Below are positions 15,060 to 20,000 of a stretch of DNA of 20,000 nucleotides, piece by piece. A model generated the notes under the pieces. It was given only the letters and a program-made list of their open reading frames with translations. It had not been told where the DNA came from and searched no databases. The position numbers and the translations under genes are program-made. The stretch is taken from sequence record SRR22947725_2486, one strand, 5' to 3'. Position 1 is the first letter of the stretch. Every line of letters starts with the position of its first letter.

Positions 15060-17090
15060 GTGACAAAGCTTCTTGATGTCAAAAACCTTAATGTTGATTT
15101 TCGTACCCCACTTGGTCGAGTTCATGCTCTACGAGATATAAACTTTTCTATAACAAAAGGAAAAATCGTTGGTATCGTTGGTGAGAGCGGCTCAGGAAAA
15201 AGTACAGTAATATGGACGATAACACAGCTGTTAGCCCAAAATGCTATCATAAAATCTGGTACAGCAAACTTTAATGGTATGGATCTACTAAAAGCAGATA
15301 AAGATACAATAAGAGGTATTCGAGGTGAAAAAATCTCTATGGTTTTCCAGGACCCTATGACCTCCCAAGCTCCTGTACTCACCTACGGAGAGCAAATGAA
15401 CGATATTATGTATCGAAAAAATAAGCTTTCAAGACAAGAGAAACGGGAAAAAGCAATCGCTATGATGCGTCGTGTTGGCATTCCAGATCCTGAAAGCAGA
15501 ATAGATCAGTACCCTCATCAATTCAGTGGGGGTATGCGTCAGCGTGCTGGTATAGCAATGTCAATGTTAGTCGAGCCATCTCTACTCATCGCAGACGAGC
15601 CTACCACGGCACTTGATGTAACAATGGAAGCACAAATAATTCATTTAATTAGGGAACTACAAAAAGAAACAGACACCACTATTATGGTGGTATCCCATAA
15701 TCTAGGGTTGATAGCAGAGCTTTGTGATGAAGTTATTATTATGTACGCTGGAGAAATTTTAGAGAGCGGAAAAATTCAGGAAATTTATAGCAATCCGAGC
15801 CACCCATACACTCAAGCTCTTCTCGCATGTGACCCTGCCAGAGAAGATAAAAAGACTCGCACTTTATCAGTTATTCCTGGAGATATTCCAGATTTGCACG
15901 TCAAACCAAAAGGGTGCGTATTTGTTTCAAGATGTGAATTAGCAGTACAAAACTGTCACATAGAACGACCCAAAAACCATCAAATATCAAGCTCAAACCA
16001 TTTCGCTAAATGCCACCTTTTAGATCCAAAAAGTACACAAGCCCAAACTCCAACCAACCCTAAAAAGGTTACTAAAACAAAAGTAAACTCAGAACGTTTT
16101 TCTAATAAAGATGAGATACATCTTTTAAACGTTAAGAATATTCAAGTTCGATTCCCTATTATGACCAAATTGAAAGCAAAACTAAAAGGCATTAACAAAC
16201 CTTATGTTGATGCAGTTTTTAATGCTTCCTTAACATTAGAACGCGGAGAAACTTTAGGTTTGGTTGGAGAAAGCGGATCAGGAAAGACTACCCTAGGTCG
16301 AGCCATACTCGGTCTTGTTAGAGCTAAATCTGGCTCTGTTGAATACAATGGTCTTGATTTGTGTCAACTTACATCCAGAGAATTCAAACCACTTAGGCGT
16401 AACATGTCAATGATGTTTCAAGATCCTATTGGTTCACTAAGCCCAAGACAAACGGTTCGGTCTTTGATGATAGAACCGTTTAAAATCCATGGAATAGATA
16501 AAAATTTTGATGAGGAGGCCAAAAGACTTTGCGATACCGTCCGTTTGCCAGAAAATTTTTTATCACGCTATCCACATGAACTGTCCGGAGGTCAAGCTCG
16601 CCGAGTAGGCGTGGCTAGGGCATTGGCTCTAAATCCTGAGTTCATTATTGCCGACGAGCCAACAGCTGGCCTTGATGTTTCTGTTCAAGGTGAAATTCTA
16701 AACCTAATGAATGACCTGCAGGATGAACATGGAATTGCTTACCTTGTTATAAGCCATAACCTACCAGTAGTGCGGCACATAAGTGATAAACTCGCTATAA
16801 TGTATTTAGGACGTTTAATAGAAACTGGGGATTCAGACAAGATTTTTGATAAACCTGCTCACCCTTACACAGAAGCTTTAGTTAATGGAATACCTCAACC
16901 TGATCCCAAAAAACGAAGGAAATTACTGTCTATTGAAGGTGAGATTCCTAGCCTGACCAATAGACCACCCGGTTGCGAGTTTCATACGAGATGCAAGTAT
17001 GTACAAAAAAAATGTAAGTTTGATCCTCCATCTATAAAAACCTTATCTGATGGTAGAGAAGTCCTTTGCCACTTTCCTTTAGAGATCTAG
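15060..17090 (+). CDS. Fused dual-domain ABC ATPase (DppD+DppF-like)
   Basis: Two Walker A motifs (GESGSGKS, GESGSGKT), two signatures (FSGGMRQR, LSGGQARR), two IADEPT Walker B motifs and two HPYT oligopeptide-transporter C-terminal extensions. GTG start. Confidence 0.95.
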   Translation: MTKLLDVKNLNVDFRTPLGRVHALRDINFSITKGKIVGIVGESGSGKSTVIWTITQLLAQNAIIKSGTANFNGMDLLKADKDTIRGIRGEKISMVFQDPMTSQAPVLTYGEQMNDIMYRKNKLSRQEKREKAIAMMRRVGIPDPESRIDQYPHQFSGGMRQRAGIAMSMLVEPSLLIADEPTTALDVTMEAQIIHLIRELQKETDTTIMVVSHNLGLIAELCDEVIIMYAGEILESGKIQEIYSNPSHPYTQALLACDPAREDKKTRTLSVIPGDIPDLHVKPKGCVFVSRCELAVQNCHIERPKNHQISSSNHFAKCHLLDPKSTQAQTPTNPKKVTKTKVNSERFSNKDEIHLLNVKNIQVRFPIMTKLKAKLKGINKPYVDAVFNASLTLERGETLGLVGESGSGKTTLGRAILGLVRAKSGSVEYNGLDLCQLTSREFKPLRRNMSMMFQDPIGSLSPRQTVRSLMIEPFKIHGIDKNFDEEAKRLCDTVRLPENFLSRYPHELSGGQARRVGVARALALNPEFIIADEPTAGLDVSVQGEILNLMNDLQDEHGIAYLVISHNLPVVRHISDKLAIMYLGRLIETGDSDKIFDKPAHPYTEALVNGIPQPDPKKRRKLLSIEGEIPSLTNRPPGCEFHTRCKYVQKKCKFDPPSIKTLSDGREVLCHFPLEI

Positions 17091-17128
17091 AGTTTTATTA
17101 AAATCTATCTTAGTTTGTCTTACAACGT

Positions 17129-17749
17129 TTAACTCCACCCATAGTTAAAACTAATACTAATCCGTTCTTCGTCAGACATATTCATGGGAACCTCATGACG
17201 TAACCAGCTTTCCCATAACAAGACCTCTCCAACGGAAGGTTTTATGTAAACAAAATTAGATAATTCAGACCTAGCATTTTTTTTTCGTCCAGGTGCTGCC
17301 ATCATCATGGGGAGTCTTGGGTCCTCGAACTTTATTGCACTAGTCCCCTCGGGCATCTTTACATAAGTCGTTCCACTAATCACACTATGTGGATGAAGGT
17401 GTGATGTATGCACACCACCTTCTGGTAAGATATTAATCCAAATAGAATCTAATTTAATTTTTTTATTATCTAAATCAAATTGTAAATCTTTGACAAAATT
17501 AGCTACATGTTTGTTAAGTGTTTTTATCAAATCCTTAAAAATTGGAAACCGCCAGTCTAAATCAGCAAGTGAGGCGTAGCTAGTATACCCTGGAAACTTA
17601 TTGTCTTCGCACCACTGCTGACCAGCTTCGTCATCTTCTGAAACCGAGAGGCAGATGGCTTCAAGCTCATCAGGATCAATTGCCACACCAAACTCTTTTA
17701 AAGTAGCGTGATATATTCTGGTAACAAAGAGGGACTTGATATCGGGCAT
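17129..17749 (-). CDS. TIGR02466-like putative 2OG-Fe(II) oxygenase
   Basis: WINIL..GGVHTSHLHP..ISGTTYV, FEDPR, LLWESWLRHEV and RISISFN give an HxH...H...RxS pattern. Confidence 0.85.
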   Translation of the reverse strand: MPDIKSLFVTRIYHATLKEFGVAIDPDELEAICLSVSEDDEAGQQWCEDNKFPGYTSYASLADLDWRFPIFKDLIKTLNKHVANFVKDLQFDLDNKKIKLDSIWINILPEGGVHTSHLHPHSVISGTTYVKMPEGTSAIKFEDPRLPMMMAAPGRKKNARSELSNFVYIKPSVGEVLLWESWLRHEVPMNMSDEERISISFNYGWS

Positions 17750-17837
17750 AGATTATTAGTAACTTAGAGATCATAGTAGATAAAGTCTAAATAGACCTAT
17801 GAGTGAATTTTGTGAGAAAAATATAGGAATAGGTTAA

Positions 17838-18209
17838 TTGACCATTAATACTGAATTAGAAATTGGCCATAGGCCGTGGGGTCGATACGAAGTTTTATTC
17901 GTAAAAGAAGGCTATAAGGTAAAAAGGATTATTGTAATCCCAAAAGGGAAACTCTCTCTACAACTTCATCAATATAGATCAGAACATTGGGTAGTTGTCG
18001 CGGGAGAAGCAACGGTAACTAATGGTGAAGAAACATTAATATTAACTGTTAATCAATCGACTTACATTCCCAAACAAACCAAGCACAGATTGGAAAACAC
18101 CACAGATCACGAATTAGTTATCATTGAAGTGCAACTCGGCAGCTACCTTGGAGAAGACGATATAGTTCGCTATGAAGATATTTACGATCGTATTGGTCAA
18201 AACAATTAA
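17838..18209 (+). CDS. Stand-alone mannose-6-phosphate isomerase type II (ManC C-terminal) cupin
   Basis: RPWGRYEVL, KVKRIIV.P..KLSLQLHQYRSEHWVVV and IIEVQLGSYLGEDDIVR. TTG start after AGG-containing sequence. Confidence 0.88.
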   Translation: MTINTELEIGHRPWGRYEVLFVKEGYKVKRIIVIPKGKLSLQLHQYRSEHWVVVAGEATVTNGEETLILTVNQSTYIPKQTKHRLENTTDHELVIIEVQLGSYLGEDDIVRYEDIYDRIGQNN

Positions 18210-18225
18210 GGTTAATTAATGATCT

Positions 18226-19659
18226 CTATTCATTTATTATTGAAATATTAGATACTAATGAGAAGTCATTAATCGGAAGTTTAACATCAATTGTATTACC
18301 ATCTTTTTTTAGAATCCTCACAATTAAGCTTTGAGACAATACCTCACTCTTAAGTTTTTCTTGAGACTTAACATCCTCCACTACTTCCTCGTTAGTTTTA
18401 GGTCTTAATCTAGAGGGAGACACATCAATTTTAAAGACCTTACCTTCTTCAAATATAATAAAGTCCTCAACCCTATAAAGTTTTTCAGCTTTTCCTATAA
18501 GCTTATCTTTAAAGGTCTCACCAGTAATTGTGAAAGGCTCTGATCTCCACTTGTGGACGAAACCAGTTCTATTATCGTCATTAAATTCAAAGGAGAAAAA
18601 GTAATCGTCCCTTTGAAATTGATTAGATAACGCTTGCTTTATTTTCGCAGTTGATTTTTCATTAAGCGAAAGCTCTGTCACATCTCCAAGCGTATATCTT
18701 TTAATATTGGGCTCTGATAATCGGCTATAGAATTCTTGGTCGCCATTGTCTTCAATTAATGCTAGCGTTCCACTTACGACTAGAGCCCCAACATATTCGG
18801 TGTATCCAACTTTTATTGCTCCAGTCGCTGGAGAATATTCCCAAACCTTGTTAGCTGACAGTTTATTATTTTGTACTGTAAGTTTTACACCTTTAAGATC
18901 ACCAAAAATTGGCCTAAATTTATGAGTGCGCAACTTTCCATAATATATCGTACCCCAGTCACCAGATAATAGCTGGTTAAAAAACTCTTCCCTTTGTTTT
19001 GTAATGTCAGTGGAAACTAAGGCTTCTGCCTTTTTTAAGAACCTGAAAACAACAAAACGATCGCGTTCGTCTAAACCAATAAAGTAATTATCACTAGCCC
19101 GAGCTTCTACAATTACCGATCTACCAATCTTAAGAACCCCTGAAGAAGTAGCCCAAGAATTAAGATTTTCTAAGCTCCCATCAGCCTTTGAGTATTCGAT
19201 CACACCTGATTCTGAAGAAAATGTTGGTTTAAATGTAGCGGTCGATCCATCTTCAGAAGCAACCCATTGATTGCTAATTAATTTATCAATGAATGCATTG
19301 GGATTATCTTTAAGAGTAACTGATTGGGAGCTATCTTTAGGTTTAGTTTTTGTAAAAGCCACTCCGTCACCATAACTGGGATTGAGAAACACTTTTGAAT
19401 CACTATCAACCGCTAATGTGTAAGAGTTATAACCAAGTTTAACTTTGATTTCACCATTTTTTTCACTCCAGCTTCCAGATTCAATACTACCGTCTTCTTT
19501 AATTTGCAGAATTGGCCCTTGCCCTGCCTTAAATCCATCTAAAATATCTAGTCTAATTTTTTGATCTTTATTTTCCCAAACTCCATATATCCTCACATCA
19601 GAAAAGGCTGACGACGCTAAAAGTGATATTGCAAATAAAAATATAGAAAAAAATTTCAT
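18226..19659 (-). CDS. Secreted hypothetical protein with ~104-aa internal repeats
   Basis: Sec signal MKFFSIFLFAISLLASSAFS; 477 aa, beta-rich, with periodic Trp motifs. No family recognised. Confidence 0.75.
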   Translation of the reverse strand: MKFFSIFLFAISLLASSAFSDVRIYGVWENKDQKIRLDILDGFKAGQGPILQIKEDGSIESGSWSEKNGEIKVKLGYNSYTLAVDSDSKVFLNPSYGDGVAFTKTKPKDSSQSVTLKDNPNAFIDKLISNQWVASEDGSTATFKPTFSSESGVIEYSKADGSLENLNSWATSSGVLKIGRSVIVEARASDNYFIGLDERDRFVVFRFLKKAEALVSTDITKQREEFFNQLLSGDWGTIYYGKLRTHKFRPIFGDLKGVKLTVQNNKLSANKVWEYSPATGAIKVGYTEYVGALVVSGTLALIEDNGDQEFYSRLSEPNIKRYTLGDVTELSLNEKSTAKIKQALSNQFQRDDYFFSFEFNDDNRTGFVHKWRSEPFTITGETFKDKLIGKAEKLYRVEDFIIFEEGKVFKIDVSPSRLRPKTNEEVVEDVKSQEKLKSEVLSQSLIVRILKKDGNTIDVKLPINDFSLVSNISIINE

Positions 19660-19951
19660 GTTAGCCCCAAAGTAAATATATATGCATTGTATATATTAAC
19701 AATTTCAGGAAATTTTCAATAGGAAATCTTAAAAATTTTTAAAAAAATAAAACCACCAAACTCAAACCACTAATGGTCAATAAAAAGCGGGAAAAGAGAA
19801 CGTGAATCATAAAAAAGTAGAATCCTTAGGTCTAAAACAAGTTTCAGAGTTTATTTTAGAAAAATTCATATAAATCTCACCAAAATTATTATACACTCTA
19901 TAAATTCTAAATTAATCACTACAGGGAATATGGGTTTAAAAAGGTTTAAAT

Positions 19952-20000
19952 ATGATCCTAAAGTTTAATAATTCGACTGCCTTGCTTTTGGTTGATGTCC
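19952..20000 (+). CDS. Probable isochorismatase/cysteine-hydrolase family protein, first 16 codons; runs off the right edge
   Basis: ATG 19952 after AAGG reads MILKFNNSTALLLVDV and the next codon starts with C. This matches the TALLxxDxQ N-terminal motif of the family. Very short evidence. Confidence 0.5.
   Translation, partial: MILKFNNSTALLLVDV

Noticed and set aside
4980-15382. Other short ORFs in the track nested in or antisense to the MFS, ADH, hydrolase and ABC genes
   Set aside because: They overlap confident CDSs almost entirely, have atypical composition and show no family motifs.
19660-19951. Possible ncRNA or small ORF in the AT-rich intergenic region
   Set aside because: No strong stem-loops or GC-rich structured segment seen, and only very short ORFs; consistent with a divergent promoter region.

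Overview
AT-rich bacterial DNA, about 35-40% GC by eye. The protein sequences resemble those of marine Alphaproteobacteria, probably a low-GC Rhodobacteraceae-like lineage (inference). The window is gene-dense and looks like a small-molecule catabolism region. Left arm, minus strand: a DddQ-like DMSP-lyase cupin, a divergent PLP trans-sulfuration enzyme, a MocD-like membrane di-iron desaturase/oxygenase, a signal-less PhnD-like binding protein and the 5' end of choline dehydrogenase betA. Middle: a CxxC AhpC/TSA redoxin, a Bcr/CflA MFS exporter, an iron-containing alcohol dehydrogenase and two tandem CocE/NonD serine hydrolases. The hydrolases are transcribed divergently from a complete Opp/Dpp-family ABC importer (Tat-exported SBP, two permeases, fused double ATPase). 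Right arm: a TIGR02466-like 2OG-Fe(II) oxygenase, a stand-alone ManC-type cupin, a secreted hypothetical protein built from ~104-aa internal repeats, and the first codons of a probable isochorismatase-family gene. No rRNA, tRNA, CRISPR or mobile element was recognised. The best candidates for undescribed biology are the dddQ-led five-gene run and the twin-hydrolase/ABC importer module. All family calls come from motif recognition, not database searches.
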